Below, piece after piece: positions 8,939-18,500 of a DNA stretch of 64,000 nt. How positions within the stretch are numbered: the stretch's first letter is position 1; each line of letters starts with the position of its first letter. A program made the position numbers and the translations under genes. The notes under the pieces are model-generated. The model was not told the DNA's origin. It saw only the letters and a program-made list of their open reading frames with translations, and searched no databases. The DNA comes from a bacterium (GTDB lineage: Bacteria; Auribacterota; Auribacteria; Auribacterales; Auribacteraceae): NCBI GenBank assembly GCA_018435605.1, contig JAHDNF010000004.1, positions 184,542 to 248,541 of the forward strand, in the 5' to 3' direction.

Positions 8939-10708
8939 ATGCCGAATGTAACGATCAACGGCGTAGATGTGTCGGTTCCAAATGGAACTACCATCCTTGC
9001 CGCCGCTAAAAATGCCGGTTTTGAAATACCCACCTTATGCGCTCTTGAAGATTTACACGCGGTAGGCGCGTGCCGTATATGCGTTGTCGAAGTGGAAGGA
9101 GCAAAAACACCGGTTCCTTCATGCGTTACTCCGGTCAGCGACGGGATGAAAGTATACACCAATACCCAGCGTGTACGCCAATACCGCCGCATGATGGTTG
9201 AACTCTTGCTGTCTGAACACGACGGAGTATGCCAAACATGCAACAGGTTTGCAGACTGCGAATTGCGAAAACTGGCTAACGAACTTAGCATACTTGATGT
9301 CAGGTTTACAGGCGATAAAAAATCACGAAAAATCGATAAAAGCACACCCGGTTTGATGCGCGACAACTCGAAATGTATTCTTTGCCGAAGATGCGTCACC
9401 ATGTGTAACCGGATTCAGGGCGTAGCCGCTTTGTTTCCGCAAAACAGAGGTTTCGAAACATCCATAGGACCGGCATTCTCTACAGACCTTCAGAACGTTT
9501 TTTGCGTGCAGTGCGGACAATGTGCGGCATTATGTCCGGTAGGAGCCATATCGGAAAATAATCACATCAGCGAGGTATGGGCCGCTCTTGATAACCCTGA
9601 TAAATTCGTCGTGGTCGAAACCGCTCCGGCAATACGCGCTTCTATCGGCGAATGTTTCGGGTACGACACCGGCACAGCTGTAACCGGAAAAATGGTAGCA
9701 GCGCTCAGACGGCTAGGCTTTGACGCGGTATTCGATACAAATTTTGCCGCCGATTTGACCATTATGGAAGAAGGAACCGAATTCCTTACACGCCTTAAAG
9801 CAGTTTTCAAAGATAAAAAAGACGCCCCGTTACCGCAGTTTACCAGTTGCTGTCCGGCATGGATCCGTTATGCGGAACATAATTACCCTGAATTATTGCC
9901 CAATATATCTTCGTGCAAATCGCCTCAGCAGATGTTCGGCGCGGTTGCAAAGACATATTACGCAAAAAAACTCGGTAAAAAAGCCGATGATATTGTCGTT
10001 ATATCGGTCATGCCTTGTATAGCAAAAAAATCGGAGGCAATCCGTCCCGAAATGAACGACAGCGGTGTACAGGACGTCGATTACGTGCTGACTACCCGCG
10101 AACTCGGATTGATGATTAAAGAATCGGGCATCGTATTCGAAAATTTACCTGAGGAATACGCAGACGCCCCTATGGGTAAAGGAAGCGGTGCGGCGGATAT
10201 TTTCGCCAATACCGGCGGCGTCATGGAAGCGGCGCTTCGTACGGCGTATGAGATTATCACCGGAAAGTCATTGCCCTTCGAAGATTTGCACATCAAACCC
10301 ATAGAAGGTTTGATAGGAATTAAACGGGCGGAATTCACAATAAAAGGAACCCTTCCGGAATGGTCTTTTCTTGAAGGAGTTACATTGAAAGTAGCGGTTA
10401 CTCATGGGCTTGGGCAGGCGAGAAAATTTGTCGATGCCCTGAAAGCGGGCCAAGAAGAATGTCATTTCATTGAAGTGATGACTTGCCCCGGAGGGTGTAT
10501 CGGAGGAGGCGGACAACCAAGGTTTACTACAGATGAAGTGCGTAATCAGCGTATGAATGTCATTTTCAAAGAGGATGAAGGGAAAAAAGTACGCAAATCA
10601 CACGAAAACCCTGAAGTCATGCGCTTATATGAAGAATTTCTCGGCGCACCTTTAAGTGAAATGTCTCATAAATTACTTCATACTAAGTATAAACCTTCTA
10701 ACAAATAA
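8939..10708 (+). CDS. hydA: [FeFe]-hydrogenase catalytic subunit HydA (N-terminal 2Fe-2S + 4Fe-4S ferredoxin domains + H-cluster domain)
   Basis: H-cluster motifs L1 FTSCCPAW, L2 MPCIAKKSE, L3 EVMTCPGGCIGGGGQP. N-terminal plant-type ferredoxin (GACRICVVEVEG). CILCRRCVTMCN and CVQCGQCAALCP 4Fe-4S motifs. Confidence 0.9.
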   Translation: MPNVTINGVDVSVPNGTTILAAAKNAGFEIPTLCALEDLHAVGACRICVVEVEGAKTPVPSCVTPVSDGMKVYTNTQRVRQYRRMMVELLLSEHDGVCQTCNRFADCELRKLANELSILDVRFTGDKKSRKIDKSTPGLMRDNSKCILCRRCVTMCNRIQGVAALFPQNRGFETSIGPAFSTDLQNVFCVQCGQCAALCPVGAISENNHISEVWAALDNPDKFVVVETAPAIRASIGECFGYDTGTAVTGKMVAALRRLGFDAVFDTNFAADLTIMEEGTEFLTRLKAVFKDKKDAPLPQFTSCCPAWIRYAEHNYPELLPNISSCKSPQQMFGAVAKTYYAKKLGKKADDIVVISVMPCIAKKSEAIRPEMNDSGVQDVDYVLTTRELGLMIKESGIVFENLPEEYADAPMGKGSGAADIFANTGGVMEAALRTAYEIITGKSLPFEDLHIKPIEGLIGIKRAEFTIKGTLPEWSFLEGVTLKVAVTHGLGQARKFVDALKAGQEECHFIEVMTCPGGCIGGGGQPRFTTDEVRNQRMNVIFKEDEGKKVRKSHENPEVMRLYEEFLGAPLSEMSHKLLHTKYKPSNK

Positions 10709-10730
10709 TTTAGTTCGCACAATTATATTC

Positions 10731-10772
10731 AAAGGCCTGACGAGCTTAATTGCCTGTCAGGCCTTTTCGCAT
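10731..10772 (+). terminator. Rho-independent terminator after hydA
   Basis: AAAGGCCTGAC-gagcttaattgcct-GTCAGGCCTTTT stem-loop followed by TTTTCGC. Confidence 0.5.
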
Positions 10773-10961
10773 CTAAAATATCTTGTAAAATTTTCTCTAT
10801 TGATGGAGAATACAAATGTCAAGATGGAAACGCCGAACCAGTTTCGATGCATTATTTTTTAAGAGTTAACTGAGTAGCGGTTTTACGGTAAGCGTGAAAC
10901 AGCCTATTAAGAATTTCTCAATGAAATTTTAAGCGATAAATCGGATAACTTTCACGGAGGG

Positions 10962-11690
10962 TTGCACATGAAATCCAAACTTTTAATGTTTACTTTTTTT
11001 ATTACGGCTATAACTGTCTTCGGAAATTATACCGTTTGTTCAGGAGCCGGTATCTTTGAAAAATTAGGATTGTTCAGGTCTACGAGTTTGAGCGATACTA
11101 AAATCGCCGGAGGACTTAAAGACGCCCTGAAAGTGGCTGTGGATAACGCTGTAAAACTTACAGGAAAAGAAAACGGTTTTTTAAAAAACGAAGCCATTAA
11201 AATTCTGCTACCCGAAAAAATCCAGCTGGTTGAAAAAGGATTACGGGTTATCGGCGCCGGTCCTGCTATCGACGAGTTCGTACTTAGCATGAACAGAGCC
11301 GCAGAACATGCTGTCCCACAAGCAGAATCCATATTCATCGACGCCATCATGAAATTGACCTTTGATGATGTCATGGGTATATATAAAGGCAGTGAAACCG
11401 CGGCAACCGATTATTTCAAACGAACCACCCATGATAATCTTGTTGAAGCGTTTTTACCTGCCGCACGCACGACTATGGACAAATATTCGGTTACACAACA
11501 GTATAATTCTCTGCTAGACCGGTATAAAAAGATTCCTCTCTCGCAAAACGTGCCTGTTCCGGAAATAGACCGGTACGTTGTGGAAAAAACCATTGACGGA
11601 TTGTTTTATGTAATGGCTCAACAGGAACGAAAAATACGCACCGATCCTTCAGCGCGCGTAACAGATTTGCTCAAGGAAATTTTTAAATAA
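10962..11690 (+). CDS. Secreted DUF4197-like protein (signal peptide; function unknown)
   Basis: N-terminal signal peptide (KLLMFTFFITAITVFG). GGLKDALKVAVDNAVKLTGKENGF region recalled as typical of DUF4197 periplasmic proteins. ~240 aa. Confidence 0.4.
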   Translation: MHMKSKLLMFTFFITAITVFGNYTVCSGAGIFEKLGLFRSTSLSDTKIAGGLKDALKVAVDNAVKLTGKENGFLKNEAIKILLPEKIQLVEKGLRVIGAGPAIDEFVLSMNRAAEHAVPQAESIFIDAIMKLTFDDVMGIYKGSETAATDYFKRTTHDNLVEAFLPAARTTMDKYSVTQQYNSLLDRYKKIPLSQNVPVPEIDRYVVEKTIDGLFYVMAQQERKIRTDPSARVTDLLKEIFK

Positions 11691-11750
11691 CAAGTTGGTT
11701 TGACGCTAAAAATGGCGAAGAAATTTCTTCTTACACCTGATGGAGATAAA

Positions 11751-12068
11751 ATGGCTTGGATATACTTGCTGATAGCCGGCTTGATGGAAATATCATGGGC
11801 GGTCGCGCTAAAACTTAGCGACGGTTTCACCCGACCGGTCGTATCAATATTCACTATTGTTTTGCTGGTTTTGAGCTTTATTTTTCTGTCGTTCGCATTG
11901 AAAACCATCGCTGTCGGTACCGGTTATGCCGTGTGGACAGGCATAGGAGCTGTCGGTACCGCAATAATAGGCATGCTGGTACTTGGCGAACCGGCATCTT
12001 TTATAAAAATATTCTGTATTTCTCTTATTGTAGCGGGAATAATAGGCATAAATCTATTTTCGCGGTAG
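11751..12068 (+). CDS. sugE: SMR-family small multidrug/guanidinium exporter SugE (Gdx)
   Basis: MAWIYLLIAGLMEISWAVALK...YAVWTGIGAVGTAIIGMLVLGE is near-identical in pattern to SugE/Gdx. GGAGA RBS 4-5 nt upstream of the ATG at 11751. The ORF-track N-terminal extension from 11700 was rejected. Confidence 0.8.
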   Translation: MAWIYLLIAGLMEISWAVALKLSDGFTRPVVSIFTIVLLVLSFIFLSFALKTIAVGTGYAVWTGIGAVGTAIIGMLVLGEPASFIKIFCISLIVAGIIGINLFSR

Positions 12069-12160
12069 CAATAATTCCGAACTGAAAATTTTTATTGCTT
12101 AATATTTTGACCTGTGTTTACAATAACCGTAAGACAAAAAATACGCTTATTATCAAATGA

Positions 12161-13486
12161 GTGGTTAATATGATTCAACATTCCAATCGGTATCAAGCAT
12201 TCCTTCTAATCGCGTTAATTTTTGCCATCGTTGGAAACAAATGTTCCTTTTCATCGGAACCCAATGAAAGCTCGACACAACTTACCGGACAATCAACACT
12301 CGGGTATTATCTAAAATATGCGTCTCTAAACAATCCGGCAATTGAAGCGTCGTACAACCGCTGGCAGGCAATGTTGGAAAAGATTCCTCAAGTGAAATCC
12401 TTGCCCGACCCGCGGTTTAGTTATGGGTATTATTTTCAGGAAATTGAAACCCGCGTCGGCCCACAACGCAACAGGTTCAGCGTTTCCCAGATGATCCCAT
12501 GGCTTTTTAAGCTGGATTTACAAGGAAAAATTGCACTACGGGATGCCCTTATCGCCCAATGCCAGTACGACACATTGAAACTTGCTTTATATGCCAAGGT
12601 GAAGACTATCTTTTTTAAGTATGCTTATCTTGGCCGTGAAATTGCCATTTTGAACGATATGGTATTTTTGCTAGATCAAATAGAGTCGGTAACTTTGACG
12701 CGATACAAATCCGGAACGACATCTTATGCCGATGTGCTTAAAACTCAAATAGAAATCTCAAAACTAAAAGACCGCCTTGAGTCGGCTCGGCAAATGCGCC
12801 AACCGCTAATGACGGAGTTTAACTCTTTACTCAACCGTCCGGCTAACATTGAGATAACATTCCCTGACGATATACCTGACAAACACAAAGATTTTACTGA
12901 TGAAGAATTGTTTCAGGCTTTGCGCGAATTCAACCCGCAACTGGCGGCTGTTTCAGTATCTATTGAGAAACGGAAAGATATGCGGAATTTGGCAAAACAG
13001 GAGTTTTTCCCCGATGTAACTATCGGACTCGATTATGTCCAAACCGATAACTCTATTTTTCATAATGTTCGCGACGACGGAAAAGACGCGGTAATCGGTA
13101 TGGTTTCGGTCAATGTACCGATCTGGTGGAACAAGTATTCCGCGGGTATTCGCGAAGCTGAAAAAAATTCTACCGCAGTTCAACATGATTTTGCGGAAAC
13201 TCAAAATAATCTGACAACCGCTCTCAAATCAGCTCTATATGAATTCCATGACGCTGGGCGTAAAATGAATCTTTACAATCAAGAACTTATTCCAAAAGCC
13301 GAACAAACTCTGTCCACTGTCCGTCAGGCATATACAGCCGGATCGGCGGATTTTTTTGATCTTATCGACTCGTATAGAACTCTGCTGGATTTCAGGCTGG
13401 CATACGAAAAAGAATTTTCCCGCAAATTTAAAAGTCTTGCTCAGATCGAAATGCTTTCCGCGACAGATTTAATGGAATACGACTGA
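12161..13486 (+). CDS. Outer-membrane efflux factor (TolC/CusC/CzcC family) of heavy-metal RND system
   Basis: Signal peptide, then a lipobox-like ...VGNKCSF. Paired OEP-family repeat regions (SYADVLKTQIEISKLKDRLESARQ). Operon context with MFP and HME-RND pump. Start is GTG 12161 or ATG 12170. Confidence 0.7.
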   Translation: MVNMIQHSNRYQAFLLIALIFAIVGNKCSFSSEPNESSTQLTGQSTLGYYLKYASLNNPAIEASYNRWQAMLEKIPQVKSLPDPRFSYGYYFQEIETRVGPQRNRFSVSQMIPWLFKLDLQGKIALRDALIAQCQYDTLKLALYAKVKTIFFKYAYLGREIAILNDMVFLLDQIESVTLTRYKSGTTSYADVLKTQIEISKLKDRLESARQMRQPLMTEFNSLLNRPANIEITFPDDIPDKHKDFTDEELFQALREFNPQLAAVSVSIEKRKDMRNLAKQEFFPDVTIGLDYVQTDNSIFHNVRDDGKDAVIGMVSVNVPIWWNKYSAGIREAEKNSTAVQHDFAETQNNLTTALKSALYEFHDAGRKMNLYNQELIPKAEQTLSTVRQAYTAGSADFFDLIDSYRTLLDFRLAYEKEFSRKFKSLAQIEMLSATDLMEYD

Positions 13487-13577
13487 TATTTTGATCTTTT
13501 AAATCAAAAATTGAATCTTAACTATAATATATTTCATAAATATCTCTCATCAACCTACAACTGGAAAGGTCTGCACA

Positions 13578-15530
13578 ATGAGCGATGCGCGAAAGAAAAT
13601 AGCGGTTGTTTTTATCGTGATACTGTCTGCCTTATTCGGTTTTTATGTAAGAAGTTTTTTCACCCGTTCTCATCCGGAAGCAATAACGAATATTGGAGAA
13701 CCGGTATCGGCACAAGTTTGGACGTGTTCAATGCATCCGCAAATCCGTCAGCCTGAAAAGGGTCTATGCCCTATTTGCGCTATGGAATTGATTCCTGTTG
13801 TAGCCGACACAGGAACGCATACAGGCGAATGGCAATTGAAATTATCTGAAAACGCCATAAAACGGGCTCAGGTCGAAACCGCTACAGTTGAACGAAAATT
13901 CGTGACTAAAAAAATCAGGATGGTCGGCAAAGTAGCCTACGACGAAACACAGCTCGCTTATATTACCGCGTGGGTACCGGGCAGAATAGATAAGCTGTAT
14001 GTGGACTACACAGGCATACCTGTAAAAACCGGCGACCACATGGCCGACCTTTACAGCCCTGAGTTGATCAGCGCGCAGGAAGAGTTGATTCAAGCTGTAA
14101 AAACCAGCGGTCAATCGGAAGGCATGCCGGTTATCAAAGATATTGCAAACAAGACCATTATGGCTGTCAGAGAAAAATTGAGGCTCTGGGGATTGACCGA
14201 CGAACAGATTCAACAGATCGAACAAAAGGACAAACCTTCCACGCATATAACAATTTCTTCTCCTTTGAGCGGAATAGTGATTCATAAAAATGCCTTTGAG
14301 GGAATGTACGTACAAACCGGCACAAAAATATACACTGTAGCCGACCTTACGCATCTCTGGGTTAAACTCGATGCGTACGAATCTGATCTCGTATGGCTTC
14401 GATACGGACAGGATGTTATATTTTATACTGAAGCATACACGGGCGAACAATTCGAAGGAAAAATCGTTTTCATCGATCCGGTAATCGATTCTAAAACCCG
14501 TACAGTTAAAGTGCGCGTCAACGTGGATAATTCCGCAGGTAAATTGAAACCCGACATGTTCGTGCGCGCGGTTGTAAAATCAACACTGGCTGAGGATGAC
14601 AAAATTGTCAGCGGCAAATTCGCAGGCAAGTGGATCAGCCCCATGCATCCTGAGATAGTCAAAGATCATCCCGGCACTTGTGACGTCTGCGGTATGCCGC
14701 TTGTCAGCGCAGAGTCGCTAGGGTTTGTATCCGATGCCGATGCAGGGGCATTGCCGCCCTTGGTGATACCCCATACCGCGCCGTTGATTACCGGACAGCG
14801 GGCGGTTGTATATGTGGCTGTTTCCGAAGAAGAAGGATTGTTTGAAGGCAGAGAAATACTGCTTGGCGCACGCGCCGACGACCACTATATTGTGCGGGAA
14901 GGTTTGTCAGAAGGCGAACAGGTGGTTGTAAGAGGCGTATTCAAGATTGATTCGGCAATACAAATTCAGGCAAAAAAAAGCATGATGAATATGCAGGACA
15001 GCGCTCATCACAGCGCAACCGGTTACGAGGATGCGTGTCACACCGAAAAACGTCCGGTTTTTCCGGAAAAATTTTTGGAGTCTATAACGCCGGTATATAC
15101 GGCGTATTTCTCTATACAAACTTTTTTAAGCAAAGATAACTTGGAGTCCGCCATAAAAGAATCGCGCAAACTGATTGACGCCGTTAACGCGGTTGACAAA
15201 ACTAATCTTGATCCCCAAGAGCTTATCATTTGGAACAAGTATAGTTCGCAATTGATCTCTATCGGTGAAAAAATTGTTTCGAGCAACTTGTTACAGTCAG
15301 TCAGAGAACAATTCCAGCCGCTTAGCGACATAGTTACAGGTCTTGTGAAGGAAATCGGTTTTGCCGATTTTGAAAATATATATATGATGCAATGCCCTAT
15401 GGCATTTGATAATAAAGGCGCAGGATGGCTTCAGCGTGAGGCTGAGATCGCTAACCCGTATTTCGGAGCCGCCATGTTTCGATGCGGCGAGCAGAAAACT
15501 GTATTCAAACATTCGGCGCAGTCCCGTTAA
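13578..15530 (+). CDS. CusB/CzcB-like periplasmic adaptor (MFP) with two N-terminal CxxC heavy-metal-binding modules and a long C-terminal extension (DUF3347-like)
   Basis: WTCSMHPQIRQPEKGLCPICAMEL and WISPMHPEIVKDHPGTCDVCGMPL motifs. HlyD-like beta-barrel/lipoyl regions. ~200-aa C-terminal Cys/His-containing tail. Confidence 0.75.
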   Translation: MSDARKKIAVVFIVILSALFGFYVRSFFTRSHPEAITNIGEPVSAQVWTCSMHPQIRQPEKGLCPICAMELIPVVADTGTHTGEWQLKLSENAIKRAQVETATVERKFVTKKIRMVGKVAYDETQLAYITAWVPGRIDKLYVDYTGIPVKTGDHMADLYSPELISAQEELIQAVKTSGQSEGMPVIKDIANKTIMAVREKLRLWGLTDEQIQQIEQKDKPSTHITISSPLSGIVIHKNAFEGMYVQTGTKIYTVADLTHLWVKLDAYESDLVWLRYGQDVIFYTEAYTGEQFEGKIVFIDPVIDSKTRTVKVRVNVDNSAGKLKPDMFVRAVVKSTLAEDDKIVSGKFAGKWISPMHPEIVKDHPGTCDVCGMPLVSAESLGFVSDADAGALPPLVIPHTAPLITGQRAVVYVAVSEEEGLFEGREILLGARADDHYIVREGLSEGEQVVVRGVFKIDSAIQIQAKKSMMNMQDSAHHSATGYEDACHTEKRPVFPEKFLESITPVYTAYFSIQTFLSKDNLESAIKESRKLIDAVNAVDKTNLDPQELIIWNKYSSQLISIGEKIVSSNLLQSVREQFQPLSDIVTGLVKEIGFADFENIYMMQCPMAFDNKGAGWLQREAEIANPYFGAAMFRCGEQKTVFKHSAQSR

Positions 15531-15541
15531 CGGAGTTTGAT

Positions 15542-18500
15542 ATGACAGAAAAAAACAATGCACAAAGCGCCTCTATAATTGACGGACTCATAAAATTCTG
15601 CCTTGAAAAGAAGGTAATTGTTTTTCTGGTTACCCTCCTGTTTATCGCATGGGGAATTCTGGTTGCTCCATTTGACTGGCACATACCAGGCATCCAGCGC
15701 GACCCTGTGCCGGTCGACGCAATACCTGATATCGGAGAAAACCAGCAGATTGTCTTCACGCAGTGGCCGGGTCGATCTCCTCAGGATATCGAAGATCAGA
15801 TCACCTACCCTCTTACCGTGAACCTGCTCGGAATACCATCGATCAAAACTATCCGCAGTTATTCTATGTTCGGTTTTTCCATGATTTATGTGATATTCGA
15901 GGAATCCGCCGGTTTTTACTGGTCAAGATCACGTATTCTTGAGAAACTCAACAGCCTGCCCACTTCCGTGTTACCGGATAACGTAACTCCTATGCTTGGA
16001 CCCGATGCTACCGCGCTCGGTCAGGTATTTTGGTATACTCTTGAAGGACAAGATAAAGACGGTAATCCGGCCGGAGGATGGGAACTTCAGGAACTTCGCA
16101 CCATACAGGACTGGTATGTGCGCTATGCCCTGTCGGCGGCTGAGGGAGTTAGCGAAGTCGCGTCGGTAGGAGGTTTTGTAAAAGAGTATCAAATAGATAT
16201 CGACCCTGACGCAATGCGTGTATACGATGTAACCCTCGATCATCTTATCAGAGCAGTGAAAAACGCCAATCTCGATGTCGGAGCGCGTACCATAGAAGTC
16301 AACAACGTGGAATACGTTATAAGAGGCGTCGGATTTGTAAAGAACATTGCCGATTTGGAAAATTCGGTTGTCGCGGTACGCGATAACATACCGGTTTACC
16401 TGAAAAATGTGGCTCATGTAACATTAGGCCCCGCTCTTCGCAGAGGCGTGCTTGACAAAGAAGGAGCCGAAGCGGTAGGCGGTGTCGTGGTGGCGCGTTA
16501 TGGAGCTAACCCGCTTGAAACAATCCGAAATGTCAAAAAAAGAATTGAAGAGATATCCCCCGGCCTTCCTGCGAAAACACTTGCAGACGGAACTCAAAGC
16601 AAGGTATCTATCGTTCCGTTTTACGACCGCACAGGTTTGATCTACGAAACCCTAGGCACTCTCAATACCGCTTTGATTCTGCAGATAATTGTAACCGTGC
16701 TGGTTATATTGGTTATGCTGATGCATCTTAAAAGTTCTATAATGATATCCGGGCTATTGCCGCTGGCCGTGTTGATGTGTTTTATCGCCATGAAACTATT
16801 CGGAGTTGACGCAAACATAGTCGCATTATCCGGTATCGCCATAGCGATCGGCACTATGGTGGATATGGGCATTGTCATATGCGAGAATATCATTCAACAT
16901 CTTAAAGCCGAGCCTGACGAAGATAGCAAACAGGTTATTTTCCGGGCATCCTCCGAGGTTGCAGGCGCGGTACTGACAGCTATAGCCACTACGATTATCG
17001 GTTTTTTACCGGTTTTTGCTCTCGAGGCGGCTGAAGGAAAATTATTCAAGCCGTTGGCTTTTACAAAAATATTCGCGCTTTTCGCATCGTTGATTGTAGC
17101 GATCTGCATTATACCGCCTGTAGCTCACGTTATCCTTGCAAAGCGAAAAAAAAGCATTCTTTTGAGCACGACAGTTTATATCCTGCTACTTACCGCCGGC
17201 GGGCATGTTTTTCTTTCTTATTCGAGATTGATAGGCGCGGTTGTCATTGCGGTAACCGCGTATCATCTGCTCCTTAAATTTTTGCCTGACAGGTGGATTC
17301 CTTCGGCAAAACGTTTTTCTCCGTTTGTCATGCCTATTGCTGTGGCGCTACTGCTGACCGACTACTGGTTGCCGCTGGGGCCGGCGGCAGGTTTTATATG
17401 GAATCTGTTTTTTATTTTGGGAATTGTGGGCGGGTTGCTCGGCATATTTTATCTCTTTCATAAGTTCTATAGCGACATGTTAAAATGGTGCCTGGATCAC
17501 AAAACCTTGTTTTTGTCGATCCCAATCCTAATTATGCTGGTAGCCTCCAATATATGGATGGGGTTTGATACCATCTTCGGATGGATTCCAGACAGCGTCA
17601 AGCGCACTCCGGTAATCTCGGCGTTGTGGCATGCATTTCCGGGGTTGGGAAAAGAATTTATGCCGCCTTTAGACGAAGGCTCGTTCCTGTTTATGCCCAC
17701 CACAATGCCCCACGCATCTATCGGCGAAGTATACGACGTATTGCGAAAACAAGATATGGCTATGTATACCATTCCTGAGATTGACACTGTCGTAGGTAAG
17801 CTCGGACGCGCAGAAACACCGCTAGACCCAGCGCCCATATCAATGATAGAAACAATTATTCATTACAAACCGGAATTTATTGTGGATAAATCTGGCAGAC
17901 GGCTGACATTCAAATATGAATCGAATAAAAATGATTTGTTCCGCGATGAAAACGGCGTAGCCCTCCTTGCCCCTGACGGAGAACCGTATATCGTGCGCGG
18001 CAAATTTACCCGTAGCAGTGACGGGAAACTGATCCCCGATCCGTCAGGAATTCCGTTTAGATTGTGGCGTCCGGCGTTAGACCCTTCCCTGAACCAAGAC
18101 CGTGAATACTGGAAAGGTATAAACAGCCCATCCGATATATGGGATACCATTGTCCAAACAGTCGATATCCCCGGAACGACATCTGCCCCCAAACTTCAGC
18201 CTATTTCCGCGCGTATAGTGATGTTGCAAAGCGGCATGCGCGCGCCTATGGGAGTAAAAGTCAAAGGTCCCGATCTGGAAAGTATCGAAAAAGTGGGCAT
18301 TGAAATAGAAAAATTTCTAAAAGAAGTGCCGTCTGTCAATCCTCCGACGGTCAATGCCGACCGTATAATCGGCAAACCGTATCTTGAGATAAACATAGAC
18401 CGAAACGCAATCGCACGATACGGAATACAAATCGCCGCTGTCCAACAGGTTATCGAGGTAGCTATCGGAGGTAAACCTCTCACCGCCTCGGTTGAGGGCA

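Noticed and set aside
11717-11730. GAAGAAATTTCTTC palindrome upstream of sugE, checked as possible guanidine riboswitch (ykkC or mini-ykkC)
   Set aside because: Only 60 nt of leader, no paired ACGR-loop hairpins or ykkC-like conserved blocks. Palindrome is A/T-only and zero-loop.
11700-11750. N-terminal extension of sugE (MTLKMAKKFLLTPDGDK)
   Set aside because: SugE/Gdx proteins begin MAWIYLL.... The GGAGA RBS sits inside the putative extension, 4-5 nt before the ATG at 11751.
15482-15541. ORF-track N-terminal extension of cusA (MRRAENCIQTFGAVPLTEFD) overlapping cusB
   Set aside because: An internal ATG at 15542 with an ACGGAG RBS gives the conserved HME-RND N-terminus. The extension overlaps the cusB stop region and has no RBS.
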